From Gnetum montanum (lineage: Eukaryota > Plantae > Gnetophyta), in the NCBI GenBank assembly GCA_015680685.1, contig MNCI01001193.1, positions 97,717-161,716 of the forward strand: a stretch of 64,000 bases of DNA, given 5' to 3'. Each line of letters opens with the position of its first letter. The first letter of the stretch is position 1. The position numbers and the translations under genes were made by a program. The notes beneath the pieces were generated by a model. It was not told where the DNA came from. It did no database searches and saw nothing but the letters and a program-made list of their open reading frames with translations. This document shows, in pieces, positions 1 to 13,062 of this stretch.

Positions 1-542
1 CATTAATATCCAAATCTTAGATTTTTTTTCTATTATTGTAAATCAAGTATGGTTTGGTCTACATTTATTATTATTATTTCTTCAATTTAATAAATAAAAT
101 TATTAGAACTCAAAATTATCTAGGAAAGATGTTAGAACCCAAAACTTTTAATGACTATACATTCTTCCAAGACACATAGTGAACTTGAAACTATTTAAGC
201 ATATATATATTTAAGATATATATATCCAACATGGAATTGTAATAGAACTTACATATAATATAAAGGTATGTTAAGTGTGACTTGCAACGTCTTACCTTCT
301 TAATACTTATATCAACTAAGCTAGTGGACTTGAACAATAAACCTATGCATTCCTAGGCTATATAATCAACACAATGCTTTTGTAAAACTTAAGTAGAACA
401 TTATAGTGTCATAACATATCTCTTGAACATTGAATATGTTACTTGTATAGTTGCAAGTATCATGCTATAACTAAGTGAGCTATCCCTCTATGATGACATA
501 GATGCATAAAATTTCATTTAACAAATTATGACTTTTATTATT

Positions 543-1235
543 ATGATCTTTTGGATGATATGGATGGCCTAACTAAGAAAGACTAAATTTTTTTCTGATT
601 TTGTAGTTGTGATATCTTTGCAAGTTAAATGAGTTTTGAGCTGATCTTAGGCTTGTTGAAAAGCATGTTCTATAATCTATAAACTTGTAAAATTTCTCTT
701 AGATGTGTTGCAACATTTCTTTGTTTATTTTTAAATTTGAAATGATATTTCTTATTTTTCTACAAACTAAATTACAGATAATTCCTTTAGCCAATTCTTC
801 TTCCTTGATTGTTTTCTGAAATTTATTCCTTACATTTTTGTTCAATATTTTTGGTATTTGATTACCTTTGTTCATAATACTTTAGACATCATTAAAATCT
901 AGTAATATTTATGTTAATATTTGTCATACCTTAAAATTTTATGTATCATCATAGATAATAAAATGTGCTAAAAAATGTTGTTTGTATCTCCCATGGCTTC
1001 GTCTTTAGCTTCATTACCAATTGTTGACTTTTTAGATATAAGAAGATTCACAAGAATTTTTTATTTTGCAAATTTTTGGTAGCATGATCTATTGGATGAT
1101 GTGGATGGCCCAACTAAGAAAAACTAAAATTTTTCTAATATTGTAGTTACAATATCTTCGTGATTTGGATGAGTTTTAAGCTAATCTTAGGCTTGTTGAA
1201 CAACTTGTTTCACAATCTATAAGCTTGTAAAATTT
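543..1235. repeat. Diverged ~150-bp direct repeat pair (543-695 and 1084-1235), probably TE-derived
   Basis: Both copies read atgatct..tggatgat.tggatggcc.aactaagaaa...tgagtttt.agct.atcttaggcttgttgaa...aatctataa.cttgtaaaattt. Confidence 0.75.
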
Positions 1236-2449
1236 TTGATCAATTAAAATTTATTTGATAATTAAAAGATATCCTAAGAAAAAGGTCTTAAATAAAACTA
1301 TTTAGCATCCAAATATCCGAGAGAGTTATGGAGTGAGTGAATATTTGATACAAAGCTCTTTCAACAATCTACCTACCTACAAAATTTAGAATTGATTTGA
1401 GCTAATTTAATGGTTCAAATTTGTTACATCAAAGTAGCCCCGAATGTGATTATTCAACATCTTAGATTAATGAATTAGTGAATATGACGAATTTATGATG
1501 GATCATGAAAGTTATTGGAGCAGAAAAGTTTGTAACATAATATATCTTATTGCTGTAGCATCAATTTTCCTCAATGTCATCTCATACAAACATGATTTAT
1601 GTACATATTTATAGGCAAATGTTTGAGTCATAATAGAATATGATAGGACAAGCCTATTTTATGGAAAACTAGGTTAGAAATTCAAAAGACATGAGGGATT
1701 GAGGTCACTCTCTAATTACATCTACCCATAAATCTTTTAATAAAATAAAAATAATAAAATTTCCTACCTTGTCTTATGTGACATAATAATTCAAATATAA
1801 ATCACATGGCTTTGATCCCTATTTTACAAAACATCTATTTTGGCTTCACTTAATCTTTGTCTTCTCTTGAGATTTGAGCTTTGACTATGTGATTTTACTA
1901 TATTTCCACATGTAGATATGGTGTTCTATTACCTTGAATTTGGGCTTGTTAAATTTGTTTCTCTATTTTACTTCTAAACCACAACATGGACATTTAAAAT
2001 GCAAGTAAGAGTTTCTAAAGTGAAAACTAAAACTAACATAAAATGCATCCAAGCCGATGTGGTGGAGTGATAAAGTGTAACATATTATTTAAAATAAAAA
2101 TAAATGCTTTAAGAAATGATAATAATGTGGAAACCAAGAAAATAAGCATATATACAAAACTGTATAAAAGGAGGCAAAAGTAGCAATAGCAAAAACTAAA
2201 CATAAAGCCTTAAATAACTTCTACAAGAAACTATGAATAAATAAATGTGAAAAATATATTTACAAATTACAAAATATTAAAAATAAAAAATGTAATGACA
2301 TTGATCATGTCAAATGCATCAAGGAGGTAGGTAAGTTTTATAAAAAATAATGAAATTTTGAATAGGTGGAAAAATTACAATTAAACGTCAAAATCATCAT
2401 AAACAAAATCATCACAATTAAACGAATAGAAATAGAAATTTTCATCATA

Positions 2450-4420
2450 ATATGTCTGATGATGATGAATCCTTGAGCCTGATGCAGATCATAGAGGTAG
2501 TTAAGATATCTCATGGGCATCATAAAGAAAGTCACCTACCCAAGCTTGATATGAATAATAGCACTAAATTTGTAGGAAGCTATGATTCGGATCCATAACA
2601 TCATTTACAAGCCTTCCATGATGCTTGTGCCTTTTACAACATTGAAAGTAGCTAGCAAAAGCTTAAGCTCTTTCCTAGGACACTAATTGATAGATCCAAA
2701 GTGTGGTATAGATTTTTGAAACCAAATTCAATTCAACGATGGTCCACAATGCTGGAACTCTTCAATGAGAAATACCAAATCTATGCAAGGGTGTCCAGTT
2801 TGAGGAGACAAATCCAAGGATGGAGACAAGAATGATGTGAACCCTTGGACATGGCCTTAGATAGATATTATTCCCTACTAAATAGGTACCCATGCCATGG
2901 GTTTTCTAAGGAAGAAAAACTTTTCCACTTCATAGATGAGCTTCATAATGAAACAAGGGAGATCCTTGGGATGTATGCTCCAGGTCAATTATGCAAGCTA
3001 TGAACCCATCAGATTCGAGAACTAATCAAGCATGTGGCACAAGAAGAAAGAGAGCTATGCAAATGAGAGAATGTTGAGAAATATCATTGGGACCCAACTC
3101 TTCCAAAGAAGAAGGTCCATATCCATGGTAAGAAGAAAGAGGTAGCTATCGATAAGGTGATTCTGCAATAAACCTTGTCGATAAAAAAGGCTATCGATGA
3201 ACTAGAAGCAAAGTTTGATAGGGTGTCAAAGTGGATAAATGAGAAAGTTAAAACTTTTGTAGAAACCATAGAGGAGAAGGTAACACAAAACAAATTAGGC
3301 GATCACAACAAATAGAGGAAGAAGAACCAAGAAACAGCTAGGAACACTTATCAACAAACAGGGAACATGGCTGAAGGAACTGAGGCTATAAACTCACCCA
3401 CAAACAAAGATGACAAATGTGACATCTACGTATATGACCACTCGAAGGATCATTGCCCAGTCATGTCACATCTACATGAGTATTGGGCTTTTGCATTAGA
3501 TCCCAAATTTGTACAAAATCACATGCCTAGGAAATTTCCTTTTCCACACAATAATTATAGACTGTCCCACAACCAACCATACTATCCTAGTGGGACTTCT
3601 TATTAGCCTCAAAACTACTATCAACTACAATGGAAAAACCCATAGTTGTCAAGGAGGCCATCATTAAACCAGCACTACCCTTACTACTAGTCAAGCCCAT
3701 ATAGATATTATGTTCAACAACCTGTTTCCCCAACTAGTTCTACTACCTCTACTTCAAATCACTACTATCACTCTCCCAAATATTATCAAGTTGTGACATC
3801 TTCTAAAGGATCACCACCTCATGCCTCTCATCCTTCATCATATCCTCAATATTCTCATACTTCCCTCCACCATATATCACAGCCAACATAAGAAGGTTTG
3901 ACATCACAACATTAACAAAAGCATTCCACTTATGCTATGAACATACACAAAAATGATAATGCCAGCAGATCTTCACCACAATCTTAGAAATGTCCTTTCT
4001 TTAAGATGGTTCCCACATGTAAGCATAACACTCGTGGACCTACTAACTCATCAAAACCAACATAAGGCCAATCTAATGCAACAACCTTCCTTGCTTGAAT
4101 GATGTCTCCTAATCATACAAAAAATCCAACAAGTATTACCACTCCAACACAAAACATAAATGATGAACTTATCATTGTGGAGAGATAGGAAAATCCATGC
4201 ATCACTAATAGTAAAGGGTGTAGTTGTGGGCCAAAAATTCAAAATATTAACACATCCCACAACAAAATTTAGGAGAAAGTGTGTGAGCAAAAACCAATCT
4301 TCATAGTTGGCACTAAACCAAAAGACATCTAGTGGCTTGAAAATGAGAATATAAAATTGTTTTAAAGATGCATGAAGGCAATTGATCCACTTATTAGTTC
4401 TAAATTTAAGAAAATGAACC
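2450..4420 (+). pseudogene. Decayed gag of the outer Athila-like element
   Basis: Reads KLKLFPRTLIDRSKVWYRFLKPNSIQRWSTMLELFNEKYQ, homologous to ORF 11918-12544. Carries a degenerate knuckle CDIYVYDHSKDHCP and many stops. Confidence 0.8.
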
Positions 4421-5359
4421 AAATAAAGGACTTAGACATAGATATATTACACTTTGATTATACACCAAAAAAGGATATTAAACATGGAGACTTGGGAATT
4501 AAAAAATAAAATCAAGAAGAAGAAGCAAACACATCTAGGCCCCCCAAAATGGAAATATCTTCAAGTCCAGATGAAGATATGTCTTCAAATGATTCAAACG
4601 AGACTATCACCAATGTTAGATGGGCTACCACAAAATTAATTAAATTAGTAATGGTGATAGATGGGATACCAGTGGTGTATCACTAGCAAATTATGCAATC
4701 CATCTCTCAAATGTGTGGCCATAAGATTAGTCATGGGGGAGATGCTTTGATGAGTTATAGTTTTCACATCTGCATCGACGAGGCCTCGTCAATGCATCAT
4801 ATCATGCATCGACAAGGCCTCATCAATGTAGTGTCTATATTTCACTAGTAGCAAAGGTCTTATAGTTTGTTCATTTAAGAGTTAGAATTTTTCTCCTAAG
4901 TGCCCGTAGTAAGAGTCATTAAGTGTATGGATCTTTATTCGAGCATTGTTGTACCTAAGCATGACAGTGTGTGCGACAATAAAGATGAGCTATCTGATCA
5001 ACCTTGCAACATTTTGGATAGATTAAATATTTTATTTATGCATTTAATATTTTTAATTATTTATTAAATGTTTTTAATTATTTATTAAATATTTTCTAGT
5101 AATTAAGCTAATGAAGTAGTTAAATAAGATAAGCTAGATAGATTAAACACATAAGTACGACCACTTCAAGCATAACATGTATTCACTTGGTAATCCTAGT
5201 AGCATTATCACTTGGTATGCCCAGTAGTGTAGCACTTTGTAATCCAACAATGGATACATGGGTTCAAGATGTGTGGGGAAAGTGGGATCAAATGCTTATG
5301 TTAGGACTAGTTAGACACTAGTTAATTAATTAATTTAAATTAGTTAATCTAATTACTTT

Positions 5360-6143
5360 TGATGAGTGGCGAGGTACCCCTACACTCAACCATATGAATA
5401 CAAGCATTTCACGCATGATCTGGTCAAACTCCACAGATGGGCTAGTTGTGGCATCTAGATAGTTACTCATAGATCGCAGTTCGTTGTCTTCCCACCTAGA
5501 CTAGTATTAGCTTTGTGATGTATGATTTAGTCTAGAGTGAGGTGTATGATATGTTCCTATAGTAATGCTATTCCTAGGTATGATGGTAAATAATATTGAC
5601 TAAACTAGGGGAGAGAGAGAGTCTAAGCTAGCCTAAGTGCGATGAGCATCCGTACACATCTTGGACCTCGTGCACGACTACCACTAGGATTACAAAACGC
5701 ATGGCCTAGGTACGCTACTAGGTTACCAAGTAATCACACTTGAATGCTTGTGATTTAGTCATACTCATTTCGAGTTACTAGGAGATAAGGGTAGAGAGAT
5801 ATTAACTAGGAAAGTAGTAAATAATAATTAAATAAATAATTAATTCATCTAAGTGGATGTTGCAATGATGAAGTAATCTCGATCTTTATTGTCAATTATG
5901 TGCGTGTCCAAGTACATCACACTCGAATAAGGATGTCGTACAATTACAATCACCACACTACGAGCATACACTGGGAGGAAAGGGTTGAGAAGAAAAACTG
6001 ATGTATTAAGAACTTATTGGAAACTTAAACTTTAGAACTCAAAAAACTACCTACAAGATCTGTCTACCTCTTATTTATAGATGAGGAGATAGGCTACGAT
6101 ATTGCGGACATGATATCGCAGCCAACAAAATGATAACTCATCA
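5360..6143 (-). repeat. 3' LTR of the complete element
   Basis: TG...CA termini, colinear with 13063-13872, minus-strand TATA (plus-strand cctcttatttataga ~6067-6081). Confidence 0.93.
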
Positions 6144-6334
6144 TACGCCCACGACTGAATGAAAACTCATCCCCGAGTTACAGTTATGACAAGCTTCATT
6201 GAATACACAATGGATGGGTATGGGATTATTGATTAGTGAGAATGGGTTCATGCCGCAGTGTGGAATCAGAACAAAATTGAGACACAACACGAAGAATGTG
6301 AAAGAAAATCCTATAGCTACAAAATTGATGGAAC

Positions 6335-9084
6335 TCATGTAGTTCCTGGTGGTGGTGGCTCCTCCATGGGTGCCTTTCCCTTGTCTTGTGCTCCAGGTCT
6401 TGGGACTTGATGGCATTGAAGTATGGCCTCGAGTTTCTCCTCTTCAGTTTGGAGATCTTGTGTCATCCATGCTAATGTTCTGATGTTTGATGGAGTCAAC
6501 ACCTTCCATGGGCAAGGTAGTTGCAGAAACATTTTATTCGCATTGACATACCAAGCCACAAACACCCATCGTTCCTATAGGCTCTGGCTTTGTCTCTATA
6601 TTCTTGAAAATCTACAAGCTGTTGAGCCAAGTCTGTTGTGATACCTTTTATTCCTTGGTAGCTTGCTTTAACCACCTCAAGTTCAAACTTTGCAATCTCC
6701 AGTTTTTTCAATATCTTCTTGCGTTCTACAAATTCTGTTTCATATTTGATGTAGGTGGTGGCTATCTATTGCTCAGGCTCTATTCTCGAGCACCTTGCTA
6801 TTAACATGGCAAGGTTGGCATACTGTAGGTTTTTCAACTCCATGTATTTTGTAAGGTCCTAGTTCTACAGGTCCCAGTTCTTAACTTCTGCCTAGTGGGC
6901 AAATGCATATGTGTCCAATATGGCCCGCTAGTCAGTGTGTTGAGCAATGATAATGTTGATGTGAGCCTTGGCCATATGGATCGCCTTCTCAATGATCTAT
7001 TTATACATCCCCACCTGGTCTTGGAAGTGCTCATTTAGCTTTTCATGTCATTTAGCCTCATTCTTCCACACACTTATTTCAATAGCCATCTTCTAGTGAA
7101 TGGTGCATACCTCCTCCATTGAGAGGGTTCGATTTTCCATGGCTAAACGGTTCATGTCCTAGTTGACCGGGATGAGTTGTTCTCACAACTATTGAAAATG
7201 TTCTTTGAGAACATTCTTTTGTTTCTCCACAGAGGTCAACTGAAGGTTCTCAACAACAAGCTGCTTGTTTTCCTCTTGTAAGGCCTTGAGTGCCTTGGTA
7301 TGCATATAAGTTTGCACTTGTGCTACAGAGGCATCACAAACAACCTTCTTTTTTTCTTCCGTCACCTTCTTATTCTCCGTCAATAGTTTGATCAGTTGCT
7401 TAGTTTTGAAAGTATCCAACTAGTCTGCAAGAACAAATTGCAAAGGATCCCGTTGTGCTGCTTGTAGGGCCACGAGCCTTTCTTACAATTTTTGCACCTC
7501 TACTTCAGCATGCTTGGCCCTCATCTCTATTAAGACCAGCTTTCCCTTGGTGGAAATGAGGTCTGATTGAATTACCGTAATATCCTAAGCAATCGATCAA
7601 GTACATCCTCATGTTTCACAGAAGTCATTGAGGTTCCAACCAGAGTTTGAGTATCCTGTGCTCCTGTAAGGTCTGCCAATGGCACAACAGGTACATTGAA
7701 TGATTTCTTAATATGGTCTGCGACCACTTCTGTAGCTCCTGCTACATCTTGATGCTGCATGACCACTAATGTGGCCCATTCACCAGTTTCTAATTGCGCT
7801 TGAAAAGATGCAGTGTTCCCTAAGATCTGTTGTGACCAAGTGCTTTCTCCTCCTCCTGTATGGATGGATACTTTACCCCTTTCATAATCCAAAGAAATCG
7901 TGGGATGTATGGCATTTTCGATGACGCGAAAGAGATTTGCATCATCACAACTTCCCCAACTAACCATCTCAGCAATGGCTCGGAGATGGCTCATCGATGG
8001 TCTATAATCTTGCGGTGGTAGCAGTTGATCCTAGCCCATGCTAGGCCCTGCTTCTTATTGTTGGCTAGGTCCCGTACTTAGAAGTTGGCTGGGTCCTACA
8101 AGTTGAGTTACAATTGGCCTTGCCGTTTGTTCCTTTTCTTATTCTGGCCCTAGCATTTCACCAGTGATTTTCCTTGCAACTAATGGCTTTAGCAGTTCAA
8201 CATATGAAGCATTTTTGGCTTTTTGGAGGACATCATTGGTGTATCCTCTAATACCAACACGTTGGCATAGCTTTCTAATAAGACAAGGGAAGGGTAATGC
8301 AAGCTTCCCTGTCTTTTGTTCTTCAAACTACCTCAAGATCTCTATAAAATATAGATGAGGCAAGTTAGCATTAACCTTTCCCATCAACACTACACATCCT
8401 CTTGTTCCATATGTTGAAATTCTTTTTTAAGCCCTTTTTGGAGAAGAGGTGATAAGTCCCTATTTTGAAATAGATCCTCTCTTCCATCATCAACTCTCCA
8501 AATGTCTTGTCCTCCTTGCCATATGTCGTTTCCAACCAAACTTGTTGTACGTCAGGCTCTAAATAGGTAGACAACTGAGCAGCCTTTGGCCCTATATTCA
8601 AAAGGTTTAATACTTCTTAAATGGTTTAAATAGAGAAATTGACTATCACACCATAAATGTTAACCATGGTGCATTGTTCCATGTTGTGCCAAAATTGGTA
8701 CGTTTTCCCTAAGTACCAAGCATCGCTTTTAGAGAGGATAGGCCATAATGGGGACCCTTTGAGGTGGTCCCTAATGGCCTCTAGAGAAAACTCTATGAAA
8801 GATTGAAAATTTAATTCCACAATCACTGTAGTGAAGATGGACCTTTCATGGATAGCCTGAACACAATCTTGGGGCAATGTGAGATGTTGTCCTTGTTCAA
8901 GCACTGTAGCAGCTCCTCCTTCTACCTGCCTTGACTGTACAGTAGCAAGGTCCTCTTGGTGAATTCTAAATGATTATTCTTCCTACTTTGCATGCTGTTT
9001 GATAGGAACTTGTCCTTTGCCTCTCCTAGATCTTTTGCTTTCACCTTGAGCAGGACCTTCCTATTGTCTGTGTTTCAGGGCCAT
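6335..9084 (-). pseudogene. Extra ORF2 (Athila env-like / plant transposon protein-type domain plus long coiled coil), ~900 codons, disrupted
   Basis: ORF-track fragments 8626-8904, 8371-8601, 7572-7994, 7189-7419, 6496-6711 and 6335-6565 are colinear pieces. ATG at 9084. LPFPCLIRKLC motif; E/K/Q-rich C-terminal half ending DKGKAPMEEPPPPGTT*. Conserved in the copy at 62100-64000. Confidence 0.75.
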
Positions 9085-9113
9085 CTGCAATCACACGGGG
9101 CCAATCGTTAGTA
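9085..9113 (-). promoter_or_regulatory. Branch point and 3' splice acceptor directly before the ORF2 ATG
   Basis: Minus strand reads TACTAAC-gattggccccgtgtgatt-GCAG|ATG. Confidence 0.6.
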
Positions 9114-10949
9114 AGGTTGTTTCCGAAGTTAGGTTATACCTTACTTCTTGCCTTCATGGAATTTTTTTTATTTCCATGTGATGTTAATTACATGTCCTCG
9201 AAAGATTATAATATTAAGTCTTTTTTGCTTAGGTGGTTTCCAAATCTATTTTTCCAGTGTAACTAAGGGGATAAAATTATTTTTGGCACATTTATCCTTA
9301 ATGTTATAAGTAATTACCCTTGATAATTTCCTTTGGGTGATGATAAATTCCAAAAACGTTATGCGCTATTCGGCATGTGCCCCTTTCCCACAACTAAGCT
9401 GAACACTCTGGGTTCAAGTAGGTTCAAACGGAATGAAAATTAGAGGACCAGTGAGCGAGATATAGGTATGAAAGCTAGGGACGCGCAATCACAAGTTGTA
9501 GAGAGAAATTAGAAAAACTCCCCCATGTGAATAGTTGAAAATGATGGCAAGTGATGTGGGGGGAGGGTCACGTATATATAGGTTTTTGTGATGTGATATC
9601 ACAGCCTATCGATGTTAAGGCACTAGGGAATATACCAAATTTTGAAGATTTTTCTGAAATAAATGATGGAAACTAAGGACATGTGGACAAATGTTAAAGG
9701 GTTCCAAGGTAATTTAAAGGCACGTATAATTATGTGTGGGTGGAATTGATCAATAAGGGCCTCAGGTGGTAAGAGAGAGAAGAAGGCCATGTGATGGTTC
9801 ATAGGAACGTTGGAATTCAGAGGGATAGTAATAAGGGAAAGAATATCGTTGATAATACACTAAGGGTAAGAGCTGGTGTGTGGAAGATGTGTTATGAGTG
9901 CAAATTACAAAAATTACACAAGTGGGTCCTCCCCAAAGCAGGTTCCAACTTATAATGCCCTTGCGTAACCACACTTAAAAGTTTTCGTGGGCACTCAAAG
10001 GGTTAAATGTAATCCACACTAGTTCCACAAAACACACACATGTAAGTATCACCAAAATGAGGTCAAAATTCTATGCTACACAAGACATGAGTTACAATTA
10101 CATGAACAGCGAGGTGAGACGAGGTATATAAGGAATTGTAGAGATTGGGACATGAGGAAACTGACCCAGGGCACAATGAATCCTAAGTGTAAAGCATGAT
10201 TATTGTGTCATTAACCCGTCATTCCAAGATTAGGACCAAGTCCATTCCTCTGATCAGTGACATTGCATTGTTTCAACCCATGACGAGTGACTATGAGAGT
10301 ACCACAACAATAAGGCATACGATCACTTGACATTTTGTTCAAGGGAGGAGTGATTTTTGCTTTGTGGCACTTTCTTTGTTTTTTTTTCGATTACTGAATC
10401 TAGAGAAGCTGCCAACCTTCAAGCATGGGTGTATGTCTTTCTAGTGGGACCCCCTAGAACAACATTTGATTTTTTAGTGCCTTTTGATTACTCTTACTCC
10501 CATTTTGCATTAGATCTTCAAAGATCTTAGTACAACCACGTTGCTTGATAACTTCCACAAATATCACCAAAGAGAATCTGCAAGTCCCCTTGATGTCACA
10601 CCCTAATCATTCCCTCTTGGTCCATCCTTCTTCATTCTAGGTACAATGAACACAAAATTAATTTTAAGTTTTAAGAATGTAAAGAATATCACTGTACCCT
10701 CAAATAGAACCTCTTATTTGTAGAATGGATAAGTGGATGTAATGGGCTTACTGTCCAAATAATTGATTGCTTGAGACTCGATAACATAGAACACACCTCA
10801 ACCAATGAGCCACATGAGTGGTTTATTCATAGATGAGATTACTTATAAAAAGATAAAAAGATAAAAAGACAAAAAGGTAAAACAAGAAATTGAAAAGTGA
10901 AAAAATGGAACACAAAAAATTGTAAAAATTAAAGAAAATGAAAAATATT

Positions 10950-12900
10950 TATTAATCCTGCTTGTTATTAGAATGGGGGATATCCCCCATAACTAAACGG
11001 TTGAGCATGACAAGGATTAATAGTTGAAAGATGAGGATCCTTGCATGTTGGAATTATTGAAACTTGGTCGTACTTACCCCATTGGGTTTCACACACCTGA
11101 TTATAGTAAGCATAGTGGGGCAATTTATAAGATTTGGTTTCCAAATAACGAGTTGACCCACTATGATACTTGAGATCGTAAGATGGTATGCAAGGATCAA
11201 GATGTCACCCTCCATGGCTATATTCATTGGGTCATATGCTTGTTGGAGTGTTAATTGGTGGCCCTGATGAAGTAACATGAGGCATTGGGTTCCAAGACAA
11301 GGGTGCTCCACAGTGTTGGACTTGTGCTGAGTTGGAGAATGTAGTGGTCTTGGAACTGTGTTGTCCCTTCCTACGATCATATCTAAAGAAGGGACGTTTT
11401 CGATGTTGATGAGGTCTCTCACTGCTATTGGCAATAGTAGCACAAGTAACATTCATGGGTTGTTGCTATGGTGTAGACACTTCAGGAATAGTTGGTGGAA
11501 ATGTAATAGGAGAGAAAGGGTGAGAATGTTGAAATTTAGGAGAAGTGTAAGGTTCACAAGGTGATGGTTCTGTTGAAGACATGGGCTGATAGTATTGAGA
11601 AGAATGATAATGTGGCGAGATAGAGTATGTTGAACTAGATAAGCATTTAGATTCAGATGATACGAAGGGTATCTCTAGTTTAGGGGTGGCTTCCCCCACG
11701 ACTAGGATTATTTCCGTTGTGATCGAACATAGTATCTCTGTATGAACTCTAGGTGTAATGTGCTTCCCCAATGCTCATATAAATGTAACAAGATTGGGCA
11801 TTGGCCCTTGGGGTTATCATACAAGCAAATATTACATTCATACGTATGATTGGCAGTTGAGCCCTTATCTTCCTCATCCCTTCTTTCCAATTGTCTAATG
11901 ATACATTGTCTTGCTTCTCAGGTTATCAAAACTCTATCTCCAATAAGATCAATATATTCTCCACACTTTTTATGTGTCCATTCCAACATCTTATTTATCT
12001 TTGCCTCGACTTCCTCTAATAATTGTGGTACTAGCAAAGATGGTTCTTCCTTCTTGAGATTGGTTGATTTCTCCTTTTTATGATTATGGACCTTTGTTAA
12101 GTTGAGATTTTGGTCCTGTTGATGTTTTTCAACACTCTCCCATCTAGCCATTTCTCCTTCTTCTTTTGCTACCTGCTTAATAAGCTCTTGGAATTGATGG
12201 GTTTGTAGTTCATACAGTTGACCTTGGGCATACATCCCTAGGGTCTCTCTTGTTTCATCACGGAGCCCATCCATGATATGGTACATTAGCCTTTCCTCAG
12301 AGAACTCATGGCTTGGACAATTATTTGACAGTGCATAATATCTTTCTAAGGAAATGTCCAAGGGTTCATGTTGTGCTTGTTTCCACTCTTGGATTTGTTT
12401 CCTCAAGGCCGACACTCTTGCGTAGGTTTGATATTTTTTGTTAAAGAGTTCTACCATTCTTGGCCAACGTTGTATTGAATTTGGTTTTAATGATCTATAC
12501 CATACTTTTGCTTGGCCAACAAGTGTCATAGGAAAGAGCTTCACTTGTTGCCAACCGTTATCAATGTTGTTCCATGCACAGGCATCGCAAAAGGCTTGTA
12601 AATGTTGTTGCGGATCTAGACTCCTGAAAAATTAGAAAATTTGTTTAAATTGAGCCTAGGTAGGTGGCTCTCTTTACAATGCCTACGGGAGATTCAAATA
12701 GCCTCTTGTATTTGCGTTAGGCTTGTAGTGGCCAGTAGGGGCTCATCGTCATCAAGTAAGTTATGCTTTCATGCGTTGGGATGATGCTACTTTTGTTTAT
12801 GTTTATAAGAAACCCCCACCTCAAATTGCGTACTCCAATATTCATTATCATATAATTCATTAGTTCTCCAATGAATTGTCTCACTAGATGTGGCATTATC
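10950..12900 (-). pseudogene. gag (retrotransposon gag domain, degenerate Zn knuckle, P/S/Y/Q-rich tail), disrupted
   Basis: DPQQHLQAFCDAC...KLFPMTLVGQAKVWYRSLKPNSIQRWPRMVELFNKKY...IQEWKQAQHEPL is a typical Athila-type gag. Knuckle-like CNICLYDNPKGQCP follows. Confidence 0.88.
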
Positions 12901-13043
12901 GTAGTCTTGTAGGAGAGGCATGGTTGTGAAATTGCGTGTGAATTTGTATGTGACTTTTTATAATTATTTCTTCCTAAAAGATATATCATTAATTCTTGTA
13001 CAACAACCTTGTATGATATAACTAATTTAGATAACTAGCACCA

Positions 13044-13061
13044 TCCTCGACAACGGTGCCA
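13044..13061 (-). other. Primer binding site complementary to tRNA-Asp
   Basis: Minus strand TGGCACCGTTGTCGAGGA, 1 nt from the LTR; 15/18 match to the Athila-type PBS TGGCGCCGTTGCCGGGGA. Confidence 0.85.
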
Positions 13062-13062
13062 A

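Noticed and set aside
1531-2082. Possible solo LTR (TGTAACA...TGTAACA)
   Set aside because: Flanking 5-mers (aagtt/tatta) do not match and there is no second copy in the window.
6757-7030. Apparent ~270-bp insertion in ORF2 relative to the copy at ~62527
   Set aside because: The other copy has a single 'n' exactly at that point, indicating an assembly break. The segment reads as a continuous part of ORF2.
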